Origin: a virus
Reading direction: 5' to 3' (one strand)
Virus record (IMG/VR): IMGVR_UViG_3300047476_000704
Coordinates: 1-64,000 of that record
Length of the DNA: 64,000 nt
Positions 22,401 to 32,574 of this stretch are shown here, piece by piece; positions within the stretch are counted from its first letter, which is position 1; the number at the start of each line of letters is the position of its first letter. Position numbers and translations under genes: made by a program. A model generated the notes under the pieces. It was given only the letters and a program-made list of their open reading frames with translations. It had not been told where the DNA came from and did no database searches.

Positions 22401-25400
22401 TTAGAAATTATATCTAACACCTAATTGAATTTGCCACTTACTATTTATTTGGTCTACTGAATATGGTTTTTGTGTTGGTTTAGTAAATGAGAATGTTTCA
22501 CCACTTACTTTTGCCAATCCAACCGATGATGTGGAGTTGAATGAATTGGATACAAAATACATTTCTCCCCACTCTTTATTCAATAGATTTGTTAGGTTGA
22601 ATATATCCGCAGTTAATTGAAAACTCTTACCCACATTTTGTACTATTTTTGCATCTATCGTTGTACTCCAAGGTGTTCTTCCTCCGTTTCTTTCAGTAAA
22701 GTTTCCTTTTCTACTACTCAAATATTCATTACTATTTACAAAATCAGTAAATGCTTGTGCTTGAGTTGCGTTTGGAATATACTTTGCCACCTCATCATCT
22801 TTGAAGATATACACTAACCCCGCTGCCTGCGGATTGTTTTGTAAAGTTCCATTAACTAATCCCCAAGTAAATGGTGTTCCACTTTGTGAATTTAACACCA
22901 AAGATACTTGTGTTGTCTTAAATGATTTTGTAATTTGAGATATGATACGATGTCTAATATCAAAGTTTGAATATGCTAATTGTGGGTCATTAGGAGTTAG
23001 TGATTGATTCAATGTCCAATTACTTTCCATAGAGTTACGAATACCATTTGTTAAATCCTTTGCTACTCCGTATGTGTATGCTCCATAAACATCTAAACCA
23101 AATGGATACTTTTTAGTTACTGATGTTGTTAGTTGGTATCTATATCCTTTGTTCGTATTTGATAATAGGTATGCGTTTGATAAGTTTGAGTTTATCTTTA
23201 CCCCACTATATATTGGCATTTGTTTTTGAGTATCAAATGAATAATAAGTTGGATTATCAGTCACAATGTTGATTTGTTGGAATTTCAAATCATTTATTAC
23301 TTGCGTATATAATCCTTCTACTGAAAATTTGTATCCACCGATTGTTTTATCTACTGCCAAATTACTTCTTAATACGGATGGCATTTTGAAACCATTATCA
23401 ACTAAATCAATTTGTGTTAGATTCTTTTGTCCATTGTTGAATGCAAATGTTTTAGCACCGTCCGTAATTGGGTCTCCCACATTCTTCAAACTTGCTCTAT
23501 TGTTCAAATCAAATGAACCAAAACCAATACCATCATTGTAGTATGCGTATCCCAACCAAGCAAATGGTATTCTACCTACGAACACACCACTACCACCTCT
23601 TACAACTAAATCATTATCCAACTTCCAATTGAATCCAAAACGAGGAGAGATGTTGATGTTGTTAAAGTAATCGTTTGTATATTGTGTTGGTGTTTGTGAA
23701 CTTAATGTAGGTTTGTTTGGTAAGTTTGTATAATCAAAACGAATGCCAGGTGATAGTTTTAAGTTTCCTAATTGGATTTCATCTTGCACATATCCACTTA
23801 ATAAATTTATATCAAATTGTGCATATGGATTATTGAATATATAATCTCTATCGTTGTTTTGGAAACCATAGAAACCTCTTACTCTATTTACTTTTCCAAC
23901 TAAATAATCATCAACTGATTTGTAAGCAATTCTACCATTCCAACTATTTACAAAACCATAATCAATTTTGTAGAACTCATTATGTGTTCCAATTAAGAAT
24001 GAATGATTACCAACTGAAAAGTTAAAGTTGTTTGTAAACTCAAATGTTTTTTGTTTTAAGTTAAAGATAGTTGCTTCTCTTTCGTTTCCAATAAAGATAG
24101 TTCCACCATTGTATGCAATCTCCGTTTGTGGGAAGCCAAAGTTCTCACTTAAAGGAGTTCTATAATCGTGGATGTTGGTGTATCCCAAAATCAAAGAGTT
24201 AGATGCCGAACCTAAATGTGAACGCAACTCCATCACAGTTGATGATTGATTTACATTCTGTCTAAAATCTTGCGAACCAAAACGGAAATTTGCTGCATCT
24301 CTTTCTAAATTGGTAGCATCTGAAATTGTAGTATTGTTTCTCAATGTCAATTGATTGTTATCATTGATATTCCAATCCAATCTATTGAAGAATTTTTTAG
24401 AATTAGAACTGATACTGTAATCTTTGTAATCACCAACATTGTAACCATATTTAGTTTGAGTGTAATCACTTATCTTCTTTGCAGTAATCTCATCTATTAA
24501 ACCACCAGAGTTTACCCCATAGAATACAGGTTCGTTACGATGTGTGATTTCTTCGTTAGTAAATAAAAATAGTTTATTTTTGATTAAAGGTAATCCAATA
24601 CGGAATCCAGTCTGCGCATCTACATAATCCGATGTTGTATTGAATCCTGCTAGCGCCCCATTTCTACCGAATCCGTATATAGAACCTTTAATATCGTTTG
24701 TACCACTACGAGTAATTGCGTTGATTGAACCCCCTACAAAGTTTCCAACCTTTACATCATATGGTGCTATATAAACTTGTATATCTTGTATTGCATCTAC
24801 TGATATTGGAGATGTACGAGTTGATGAACCAGGCATACCAGATGTACCACCCTGTCCTCCCAATGATGGAGAGAATCCAATTGCATCGTTATTGATTGTA
24901 CCATCTATTGTTACATTGTTATAACGAAAGTTTGTACCTGCAAATGAATTGTTTACCGATTGTGGAACTAACTTTGTGAAATCAGTAATTGCTCTACTCA
25001 ATGTAGGAACTGATTTAAGTTTTTCTTCTCCCAAATAAATACCAGCACCAGTCTTTGTACCACCTTTGGTAGCGGTTACTACTACTTCATTTAATTGTGT
25101 TGTTTCTTCTTCTAATTGAATATCTAAATCATTAGAACCTAATGTTAAATAAACACCATCTTTTTCTAATCCTTTATATCCCACCGATGTTACCTTTATT
25201 TTATAAGGTCCACCAGTATTAGCATTAAATATGTGAAAAGTACCATTTACATCTGCGGATGCTCCGTATTTTGTACCAGTAGATGTAAGTGTGATTTGAA
25301 TTGTGGAACCAGGTAGTGTTTCTCCCTTCTTATCTTTGATTGTTCCGTTGATTGATGAATTTGTAACTTGTGAGATTGCTGATGTAGAAATCAACAATGC

Positions 25401-25424
25401 TAAAAATAAAAATAGTTTCCTCAT
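22401..25424 (-). CDS. TonB-dependent receptor, Oar/SusC-like
   Basis: Signal peptide, carboxypeptidase-regulatory-like N-domain, plug (NNVTIDGTINND, YDVKVGNFVGGSINAITRSGTN), C-terminal QLGVRYNF. Confidence 0.92.
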   Translation of the reverse strand: MRKLFLFLALLISTSAISQVTNSSINGTIKDKKGETLPGSTIQITLTSTGTKYGASADVNGTFHIFNANTGGPYKIKVTSVGYKGLEKDGVYLTLGSNDLDIQLEEETTQLNEVVVTATKGGTKTGAGIYLGEEKLKSVPTLSRAITDFTKLVPQSVNNSFAGTNFRYNNVTIDGTINNDAIGFSPSLGGQGGTSGMPGSSTRTSPISVDAIQDIQVYIAPYDVKVGNFVGGSINAITRSGTNDIKGSIYGFGRNGALAGFNTTSDYVDAQTGFRIGLPLIKNKLFLFTNEEITHRNEPVFYGVNSGGLIDEITAKKISDYTQTKYGYNVGDYKDYSISSNSKKFFNRLDWNINDNNQLTLRNNTTISDATNLERDAANFRFGSQDFRQNVNQSSTVMELRSHLGSASNSLILGYTNIHDYRTPLSENFGFPQTEIAYNGGTIFIGNEREATIFNLKQKTFEFTNNFNFSVGNHSFLIGTHNEFYKIDYGFVNSWNGRIAYKSVDDYLVGKVNRVRGFYGFQNNDRDYIFNNPYAQFDINLLSGYVQDEIQLGNLKLSPGIRFDYTNLPNKPTLSSQTPTQYTNDYFNNINISPRFGFNWKLDNDLVVRGGSGVFVGRIPFAWLGYAYYNDGIGFGSFDLNNRASLKNVGDPITDGAKTFAFNNGQKNLTQIDLVDNGFKMPSVLRSNLAVDKTIGGYKFSVEGLYTQVINDLKFQQINIVTDNPTYYSFDTQKQMPIYSGVKINSNLSNAYLLSNTNKGYRYQLTTSVTKKYPFGLDVYGAYTYGVAKDLTNGIRNSMESNWTLNQSLTPNDPQLAYSNFDIRHRIISQITKSFKTTQVSLVLNSQSGTPFTWGLVNGTLQNNPQAAGLVYIFKDDEVAKYIPNATQAQAFTDFVNSNEYLSSRKGNFTERNGGRTPWSTTIDAKIVQNVGKSFQLTADIFNLTNLLNKEWGEMYFVSNSFNSTSSVGLAKVSGETFSFTKPTQKPYSVDQINSKWQIQLGVRYNF

Positions 25425-25501
25425 TATTGTGTTTTTTGTTCAACAATAAGTAGGAAACTATCTGATTAAAATACCATTTTGTATGTTACCAAATTGTTAA
25501 A

Positions 25502-26221
25502 TTACTTCGGAAACTTACCTTTCTTTATCATACGAAGAAGAATACGAGCACAAGCAATATCCAATGCTTTCTTTGTAGATGTACCAATAGTAGATTGGTT
25601 GAACTTAACATCCGATAAGTTATCATCATTCAATAGTGATAGTTCACGAGTTGTAGTTGCTTCACCTAAACCAGATGCTCCAAATATCTCACCAGTTTCT
25701 GCATCTGTGAATCTAACTTGCAAACCTAAACGAGTAACCATTTTGTTTTTAACACCATCTTTCATATTGATTGTTTCATCCTCACTAACAGAGAAATCAT
25801 ATACTTCAATAGATACAAAATAATGTGCTAATCTAATCTTACCTCTACCATCTAACTTATCTTGGGAAATGCCCGCTTGAGAAGCTTGATATTGTTTAAC
25901 CATTCTATTTTTGATTTCGGTTTTGTCCTCTGTAAAAGTAAAACGATTGAGATTTTCAAGGTATTCCATAGATATGTTCGCCACACCAAGACCCACCTTC
26001 TTTTCTTTAAGTTCCGGATATTGTTCCAATATTTCATCACTAATTCCACATTTTAAGATTTGAATTGGAATCGTTGGACCATCATAGTCCATCAACTCAC
26101 TTATGTCCACTTTTGTTTCAAAACTCGCTTTGTAGTTTTCCGTAGTAGTCTTCCCAACCACCTGTCCCTTCACAACGAAGGTCATTAATCCCATTGCTAA
26201 AATTAGAAATATATTTTTCAT
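25502..26221 (-). CDS. CsgG/HfaB-like protein
   Basis: Signal peptide; LENLNRFTFTED, LGLQVRFTDAETGEI. Confidence 0.7.
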   Translation of the reverse strand: MKNIFLILAMGLMTFVVKGQVVGKTTTENYKASFETKVDISELMDYDGPTIPIQILKCGISDEILEQYPELKEKKVGLGVANISMEYLENLNRFTFTEDKTEIKNRMVKQYQASQAGISQDKLDGRGKIRLAHYFVSIEVYDFSVSEDETINMKDGVKNKMVTRLGLQVRFTDAETGEIFGASGLGEATTTRELSLLNDDNLSDVKFNQSTIGTSTKKALDIACARILLRMIKKGKFPK

Positions 26222-26268
26222 TACCTTATAGTTTTTTGTTTTCTATAAGTATATAAAAAAAGGATAAG

Positions 26269-26688
26269 TTAAATAAGTGATTTGAATAAATTTATGGCTT
26301 CTTCAATATCATCTACAATTTTATCACCAACTATAAACTTATTTGTATGTTGATTATAAACAATAGATGGAACATTTCCAATCACTAATCTATTATCCAA
26401 ATTCTCAATAGGTGTAACAACTCTCAAATTATCTATATTGTTGTTTTTACGATTTCTATCAATATGGTCAACTTGTAAGTTACGAGGTATAATTCCTTGC
26501 CATGCTTCTATCACCAATCTATGAACCAATTCCCCCTTTGCTATTTTATCCTTTCTAACATTTAATATTTCATATCCTTTGGGATGCATTCTTTTTTTAA
26601 GTATTCTACCTGTTTTATTATTACGAATATTTCCGTTATTTGAAATATCATAATTAGTATATACCGGATGTGTTCTATATTGTTCCAT
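26269..26688 (-). CDS. HNH homing endonuclease (start reassigned to MEQYRTH)
   Basis: YDISNNGNIR, VHRLV, VDHIDRNRKNNNIDNLRVVT. Confidence 0.9.
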   Translation of the reverse strand: MEQYRTHPVYTNYDISNNGNIRNNKTGRILKKRMHPKGYEILNVRKDKIAKGELVHRLVIEAWQGIIPRNLQVDHIDRNRKNNNIDNLRVVTPIENLDNRLVIGNVPSIVYNQHTNKFIVGDKIVDDIEEAINLFKSLI

Positions 26689-26708
26689 GTATATAAATAT
26701 AGGTATAT

Positions 26709-26744
26709 AAAAAAAGGGAAACATTTTTTTTGTTTCCCTTTTTC
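26709..26744 (-). terminator. Intrinsic terminator
   Basis: aaaaaagggaaac-N9-gtttccctttttt inverted repeat. Confidence 0.75.
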
Positions 26745-26750
26745 AATAGA

Positions 26751-27050
26751 TTATCCTAATTCTTCTTCTTCTTTAATTGGTTCTGGTTGAATACTATCCA
26801 AATGTGCCAATTTATCATTTTCAGCTTTCTTATTAACAAACTTGTCAACCGATGCTATACCAAATGAACCTAATGTTATGGTTAGGAAACCATTAAAGAT
26901 ATACTCATTGATAAGTAATTCCTTACCCATATATCCAGTTATTAAATCAACTGCGATTGCTATTACCATTACACCGAATGATGCAAATCCAACAACTGAT
27001 TTTTCGTTGATGTTATTATCATCATCAAACAATTCTTTAAAAAAACCCAT
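26751..27050 (-). CDS. Two-TM membrane protein
   Basis: Two hydrophobic segments. Confidence 0.7.
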   Translation of the reverse strand: MGFFKELFDDDNNINEKSVVGFASFGVMVIAIAVDLITGYMGKELLINEYIFNGFLTITLGSFGIASVDKFVNKKAENDKLAHLDSIQPEPIKEEEELG

Positions 27051-27071
27051 AGTTACTCCCCTTAATTTTAA

Positions 27072-27419
27072 TTAATCTATATTATGATGTGCTTCATCAT
27101 TTTCAGGGGATGCTGCTGCTCCGCCTGTGTTTGATAAGGATACACCGTCTTCCTCGTCCATTTTCTGAACTAACATTTTATCTTTGTCTGTATCTGAAAA
27201 CCAGTAATCTATAATCTTACCATAAGAACCAATAAATGCTCCTAACAATAACATTAACAATTCTTTCCATTCGCCAGCAATAGTAGTTCCCAATGATATA
27301 GCAGTAAATATACCAGCTATTATTAACATGAAACCACCCAATACCATAGCAGTGATGAGCCATCTACGCATCATCATTGCATTTAATAATTTCTTAAACC
27401 CGTCCGGCTGCTGTTCCAT
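27072..27419 (-). CDS. Two-TM membrane protein
   Basis: Two hydrophobic segments; KIIDYWFS. Confidence 0.7.
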   Translation of the reverse strand: MEQQPDGFKKLLNAMMMRRWLITAMVLGGFMLIIAGIFTAISLGTTIAGEWKELLMLLLGAFIGSYGKIIDYWFSDTDKDKMLVQKMDEEDGVSLSNTGGAAASPENDEAHHNID

Positions 27420-27422
27420 ATT

Positions 27423-27743
27423 TTACCAAGCTGCTGGTTTCTCTTTGAACTCGTCTGCTTCTTTTTTAGGTTTAGGAGCAGGTGCTGGCGCTGGTTGTGC
27501 ATTTCCACCGGCTGCTTTTTCTTTGATGATAACTGTTTTACCACCACTTGCAGCTTGTTGTTGTGCTTGATTTTGTGTAATGTTAATTACAGGTGCCGCT
27601 GCTGGTTGTACAGCTGGTTGCTCACCACCTCCAAACATTTGTGAACCTAACCAAGCTCCGCCTGCGGTTACAATTGTTCCTACTGTGCCTATGATTGTTT
27701 TAACCAATCCTGACATTGTTCCATCGTTTGATTCTTCTGACAT
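27423..27743 (-). CDS. Membrane-anchored Pro/Ala/Gln-rich protein
   Basis: Gly-rich TM segment and low-complexity tail. Confidence 0.7.
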   Translation of the reverse strand: MSEESNDGTMSGLVKTIIGTVGTIVTAGGAWLGSQMFGGGEQPAVQPAAAPVINITQNQAQQQAASGGKTVIIKEKAAGGNAQPAPAPAPKPKKEADEFKEKPAAW

Positions 27744-27767
27744 AATCTTTGTTTTTGTAAGTTGTTA

Positions 27768-28136
27768 TTATAATTTATTAAAATCCGTAATTCCTATTTG
27801 TACTCCTTTTTCATCAAATAGTGCAATTCTATATGCAGATGCTGGTAATGCTGATGTATATACTTTAAGTACATTATCTCCCGCCGTTACATCAACTTCT
27901 TCTTTTGATACCACTCTGTTTGCTATGTTAAATATCTTTACAGTAAATTTACCATTCTTTTCCGTCTTTACATTCATTGCAACTTCGTTTGTTACAAATG
28001 CTGTCTGTAATTTAATACCAACTTTATCTGCCATTTTAAGTTCCTGTGCAACTTCCATTCTTGGTACAAATGATTCTTCGTTTTGGCAAGATACTAATAA
28101 TGTAGTTATTGCTGCTAATATAAGTATTTTTTTCAT
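27768..28136 (-). CDS. Lipoprotein with T9SS C-terminal-domain-like Ig fold
   Basis: Lipobox LVSC; KIFNIANRVV...LPASAYRI. Confidence 0.55.
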   Translation of the reverse strand: MKKILILAAITTLLVSCQNEESFVPRMEVAQELKMADKVGIKLQTAFVTNEVAMNVKTEKNGKFTVKIFNIANRVVSKEEVDVTAGDNVLKVYTSALPASAYRIALFDEKGVQIGITDFNKL

Positions 28137-28137
28137 T

Positions 28138-28482
28138 TTATTTTATTATTATTGTTGTTTTTCCTATTTGATTTTTAGCAACATCTTCCAATAACACATA
28201 TAAATATCTACTTTGTAACGATTTCGTATAAATCTTTTTTACATTTTCTCCAGCTTGCCCAACAAATCTTTCTCTACTGATTACTTGATTTGTTTGATTA
28301 TCTATTAAAGTTAGTGTATGGATACCATTTTTTGGTAAATTAAAATGTATAGATTGTCCGTTTGTTACCATACTTTCCTTTACACTAAATATATTAGTTT
28401 TTGCCATAACTTCCAACATTTCTATTTCAGGTCCACTACATCCAATCAAAAATAAAAACGATATGTATAATAATTTTTTCAT
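28138..28482 (-). CDS. Lipoprotein with Ig-like fold
   Basis: Lipobox LIGC; resembles the neighbouring lipoprotein. Confidence 0.55.
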   Translation of the reverse strand: MKKLLYISFLFLIGCSGPEIEMLEVMAKTNIFSVKESMVTNGQSIHFNLPKNGIHTLTLIDNQTNQVISRERFVGQAGENVKKIYTKSLQSRYLYVLLEDVAKNQIGKTTIIIK

Positions 28483-30422
28483 TAGTTTACATTTACTTTT
28501 AATTGTGTACCATTTTTATTTACCGCATCAGTTACCGATATGGATGTTAAACCCAATGTACCTTCTATTCCAATTAGTGGTAAAAATGTTATTCTATATT
28601 CAGTTGTTTTATCTAATGTAGTTGAACCATTGGTTATTAGAGAACCTACATTTATATAAGTTCCCATATCGTTCCCAAAGTTAGTTGCTTTCGCATTAGA
28701 TTCTACCTTTTCAAATTGTAAAGAAGTTTTATCGTAATTTAATTGAAATTGAGTTCCTACTACGGATTGTTGTAATGGGTCTAATGTAATTGTTACAATA
28801 ACCTTACCACCAACATTTTCACTAATTATTGATGCGTTTATTTCATTTGTAGTTGATATTGTTCTATTCATCATACCAACACTATTACCAACAACCGAAC
28901 TTTGTGGCGCAGAATGTGATAAATTTACATCCCCTTTCCAAAATACACTTATATCGTAGTTGTAAGCATATTGTCCAGCAATAGGTGTTATTGGTGCGAA
29001 TGTATCTCTAGTTAAATTACTATTGCCACTCCAATTTGCTTTGGTTATACTATTATAAGTCGAACTACTCATAAGTTTCATCCAACAACTTAATGTATTA
29101 CAATTATCAGTAAGGTTTCTTGCGCCAGTTAGGTGTTGTAATAATCTATATGTATCTTCTTCATTAAATACACCATCCCCATTTACATCTGCATTCATAT
29201 ATTGAATACCTGATGTGAACTCATTTCCACCATTACCTAATAATCCTTTGTTAGATAGTTCTCTAAAAGCAAGATAAACATCACTCACACTTACTATTTG
29301 ATTTGTTAGTGTAGTTAGATTTGTAGCTGGGTATGGTTCAAATATAAATCCCATATTTGTTTTGGTAGTATCAAAATCTGCACTCATATCTACCTTACCC
29401 AGCCCACTCAATTGTTTTGGAGTAGTTGATATGTTTGTCCATATATTTGGATTTGTAAAATAAGCAAGTTTACCAGAAAATGTTGTTTCATCAATAGTAG
29501 TACCAAAGTTAAAATTAAAGTTTGCACTCTTTACTGCACCATTAGTATGTGATGTACTATTAGTATAAAACTCTGTAAATGTTTGGTTATCAGGATTAGT
29601 CCAAGTTCCATATTCAATTACATACGGATTTGCCCAATTGTTTGATAAATCATTCCATTGATTACCATTCCATTTTGTTACCGCATAATCCTCACTATGA
29701 TTACTACCATTTGGTTCACCAGCCGCCCAGTTATTATATACACCGGCTATGTTTCCGGCAGTTTGACCATTTGATGTTTTCATCACAGTTCCTTTTTCAG
29801 GTCCAGCATCAATTACCCATCTTCCATCCACAACTTCATCAGTTGCTGCAAACCATATATTAGTTTGTGGTACATTCGCTTGTATGAATGCATCTTCGGA
29901 AGCGGATGTTATAGTTACTAAATAACCCGTCTGCCCTTTAAATGTTGTTGTTAATGAAGCTGCTCTAGCTGCGGTATAAGTTGCACCAGTTGTTACAGGT
30001 TTGTAGAAGTGTCCATTAACGCCATTGTAATAAAATCCCGTTGGATTTATTGTTGCTGCTACTGATAATTTTACAGTACCTTTGATTGAACCCGTATTTA
30101 TTTTTAATGATGCCAATGCAGTATTGATATTAGCCATTGTACCAGTTACTACCAAACGAGTTTTATTACCTGCCAATGTAAATCCACTAGCCGCAGTTAA
30201 ACCCGTTGATGTGTTTAGATAAAATGTAGTACCGGTTGGAAACTCTACTAAACTGATTGATGTGAGTAAAATATCGGTTGCCGTAAATCCACTCAATGAG
30301 AATCCACTAGCATCCTGTCCGTTTGTATTTACGGAAAATGATTTAGCAACCGGAGCAGTTACACTTTGTCCGGTTGCTAAAAATGATAATAATAAAAATA
30401 ATATAGTAACTAATTTGTTCAT
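28482..30422 (-). CDS. Secreted C-type lectin + dockerin-like + cohesin-like protein (start reassigned to MNKLV)
   Basis: GYLVTITSASE...WAAGEPN...WNDL; ADVNGDGVFNEEDTY; GTQFQLNYD. Confidence 0.7.
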   Translation of the reverse strand: MNKLVTILFLLLSFLATGQSVTAPVAKSFSVNTNGQDASGFSLSGFTATDILLTSISLVEFPTGTTFYLNTSTGLTAASGFTLAGNKTRLVVTGTMANINTALASLKINTGSIKGTVKLSVAATINPTGFYYNGVNGHFYKPVTTGATYTAARAASLTTTFKGQTGYLVTITSASEDAFIQANVPQTNIWFAATDEVVDGRWVIDAGPEKGTVMKTSNGQTAGNIAGVYNNWAAGEPNGSNHSEDYAVTKWNGNQWNDLSNNWANPYVIEYGTWTNPDNQTFTEFYTNSTSHTNGAVKSANFNFNFGTTIDETTFSGKLAYFTNPNIWTNISTTPKQLSGLGKVDMSADFDTTKTNMGFIFEPYPATNLTTLTNQIVSVSDVYLAFRELSNKGLLGNGGNEFTSGIQYMNADVNGDGVFNEEDTYRLLQHLTGARNLTDNCNTLSCWMKLMSSSTYNSITKANWSGNSNLTRDTFAPITPIAGQYAYNYDISVFWKGDVNLSHSAPQSSVVGNSVGMMNRTISTTNEINASIISENVGGKVIVTITLDPLQQSVVGTQFQLNYDKTSLQFEKVESNAKATNFGNDMGTYINVGSLITNGSTTLDKTTEYRITFLPLIGIEGTLGLTSISVTDAVNKNGTQLKVNVN

Positions 30423-30426
30423 ATTG

Positions 30427-32049
30427 TTATTCAACAATTAAATCTATTTTGTTACCTTTGCCATCTACCGCATCTGATAATTCGGTGTAGAATAAACCTG
30501 CTGTATTTGTTAAAGGTACTTTTGGTGTAAATACTAATTTGTATGGTGTACCAGTTTTAATTCTAGCAGTTCTAATTTGGTCAATTGAACCAAATGTTAA
30601 TCTACCATCTTTGTTTGTTGAGAAGTTAGTTACAGTTGAACCCGCATCAAATACCACATTATCCAATGTTAATTTTGATTCATCATATTTCATAATAACT
30701 TCCAATCCAGCCAAATCTGCTTTTGATAATGATGTAGTTAAAACAACTTTACCATTTTCAATTTTAGATGATAAACTCAATGTTGCTTGCTCCAATACCT
30801 TATCAGCGTAATATGCAGGTGCAATAGTTCTATTCATTGTACCAGTTGATACACTTTGAGCGGCAACTGCAGATGGTGCGGATGAATGTGAGAAGTCTAA
30901 ATCACCACCCCAAGCATAAGCGAAATCTTCCGTTTGAGTTGCTGCTGTAATTTCAACTGCGTAATTGTTTATAGTACCTGCATTAAATCCTGCTTTCTTA
31001 CCAGATACAAATCTAACTGATGTAGAAGTTGATGATGGTATCATTGCATTTGCCGATACATCTATACCCATAATGTGTGCAAATATATAGTATGCATCCG
31101 TTTCATCAAAAGTATTACCAGTTTTAGAAATGTTACCAACTATCCTTTCAATAGCAGGATATTGGAAAAAATCATTTGTACCACTTAAACCAACATTTGC
31201 GATTGCAGAAAATGCTTTATATGCATCGGTTACAGTTACAATGTTATTCATCCAAGTCTTTTGGTATGCCGGTGTTATTATTACTCCAAACTTATCCCCA
31301 ATCTTAAATTGTGAGAAAGTTGCTTCACCCTGTGCGTTCAATGGTGCAACTGCTAATGGTTGTGGATTAGCTGCCCAATCAATTATACCAGCAGTAGTAA
31401 GTGGCATAATTTGTACATTTTGGTCTACAATGTTTGTATGCGATGTTGGGAATACCACTCTAACTCTAAATGCCGATGTACCACCTTTGATTGGCTCAGG
31501 TACCGATAATTGAAGAACTTGTGAACCAATGTTTGGAATAGTAGCACCAGCCGCATCAAATGCATTTGCCATATCTAACTTATGTACATTCTGATAGTTT
31601 ACTGCATCTTTAACTATATACTTTTGAGTTGCAAGTTGTCCATCAATTGCAGCATCAGTTCTTTGTACTGTCAATTGCCCAACATTCCAATCGGAATTTG
31701 GTGCATATCCCCAAGGTGTTGAAGCATATTGTTGGTCTAATGCACCAACTCCAATATTTGGATTTTGATTAAACTTATAATTATCCCAATTTGTAAAATA
31801 AGTTTGAGATGCATTACCTTGTGAGAATACTGTACTATTTGGTACATATTGTAAATGTTTGTTAGAAAATTGGTATCTCAACCAAAAATAACGAGGTGTT
31901 GTAGTACCCTTAACAATATTATATTTTATTGTTAAAGTATCACCAACTTTGAATGGTGGTGTTTGAACAATTGATTGGTCAATTATTAGTTGTCCAAAAG
32001 ATGTGAATGATGTAAAAAATAACACCAAGCCGAATAATAAGTTTTTCAT
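30427..32049 (-). CDS. Secreted cohesin-like/dockerin-like protein
   Basis: Signal peptide; VGDTLTIKY...LRYQF; VTDAY and ETDAY repeats; AGLEVIMKYD. Confidence 0.6.
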   Translation of the reverse strand: MKNLLFGLVLFFTSFTSFGQLIIDQSIVQTPPFKVGDTLTIKYNIVKGTTTPRYFWLRYQFSNKHLQYVPNSTVFSQGNASQTYFTNWDNYKFNQNPNIGVGALDQQYASTPWGYAPNSDWNVGQLTVQRTDAAIDGQLATQKYIVKDAVNYQNVHKLDMANAFDAAGATIPNIGSQVLQLSVPEPIKGGTSAFRVRVVFPTSHTNIVDQNVQIMPLTTAGIIDWAANPQPLAVAPLNAQGEATFSQFKIGDKFGVIITPAYQKTWMNNIVTVTDAYKAFSAIANVGLSGTNDFFQYPAIERIVGNISKTGNTFDETDAYYIFAHIMGIDVSANAMIPSSTSTSVRFVSGKKAGFNAGTINNYAVEITAATQTEDFAYAWGGDLDFSHSSAPSAVAAQSVSTGTMNRTIAPAYYADKVLEQATLSLSSKIENGKVVLTTSLSKADLAGLEVIMKYDESKLTLDNVVFDAGSTVTNFSTNKDGRLTFGSIDQIRTARIKTGTPYKLVFTPKVPLTNTAGLFYTELSDAVDGKGNKIDLIVE

Positions 32050-32531
32050 TATAATAGTTTTTTGATTAAGGTTTCACAAGTCTTTTTAATCGCATTTCTT
32101 GCAGATTGTTGGTTGAATTGTCCACCTTCATTAACTAATAATGTGCTAGTAGATACTTCGGATGAACTTTCTTCTGCCAAAAACTGCTTTATTTTCTTGC
32201 CGTTTTTGTAAAGCGTACCCTTTATTCGTATAACTACTTCAGTCTCATCTGAATGAAAAACTGATATGTTTGTTTTGGTTGTTAGAATATCAAAGAAAAT
32301 GATTTCCGTTTTGAGAACGATTGTATTTTCATCAATGGTTTCCACCAATGAATGATTCTCCTGTACTAATTCTTGTAAGATGTTTTTAACACCAAAAGCC
32401 AGATTTTTGTTGTCTGTCAATGGTCCTATTTGGATGTTATTGACAACTTTTTCAACAAAAACTGGCTCTGTAATTTGTGCCATACCCATAATAGGTAATA
32501 GCACCAATAAAATTGATGTTAATAGTCTCAT
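32049..32531 (-). CDS. Small CsgG-like secreted protein
   Basis: Signal peptide; LAFGVKNILQEL...AIKK pattern resembling 25502-26221. Confidence 0.5.
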   Translation of the reverse strand: MRLLTSILLVLLPIMGMAQITEPVFVEKVVNNIQIGPLTDNKNLAFGVKNILQELVQENHSLVETIDENTIVLKTEIIFFDILTTKTNISVFHSDETEVVIRIKGTLYKNGKKIKQFLAEESSSEVSTSTLLVNEGGQFNQQSARNAIKKTCETLIKKLL

Positions 32532-32574
32532 AATTTCTCCCACAAATAAATATGAGAGAAATCAGAAAACGATA

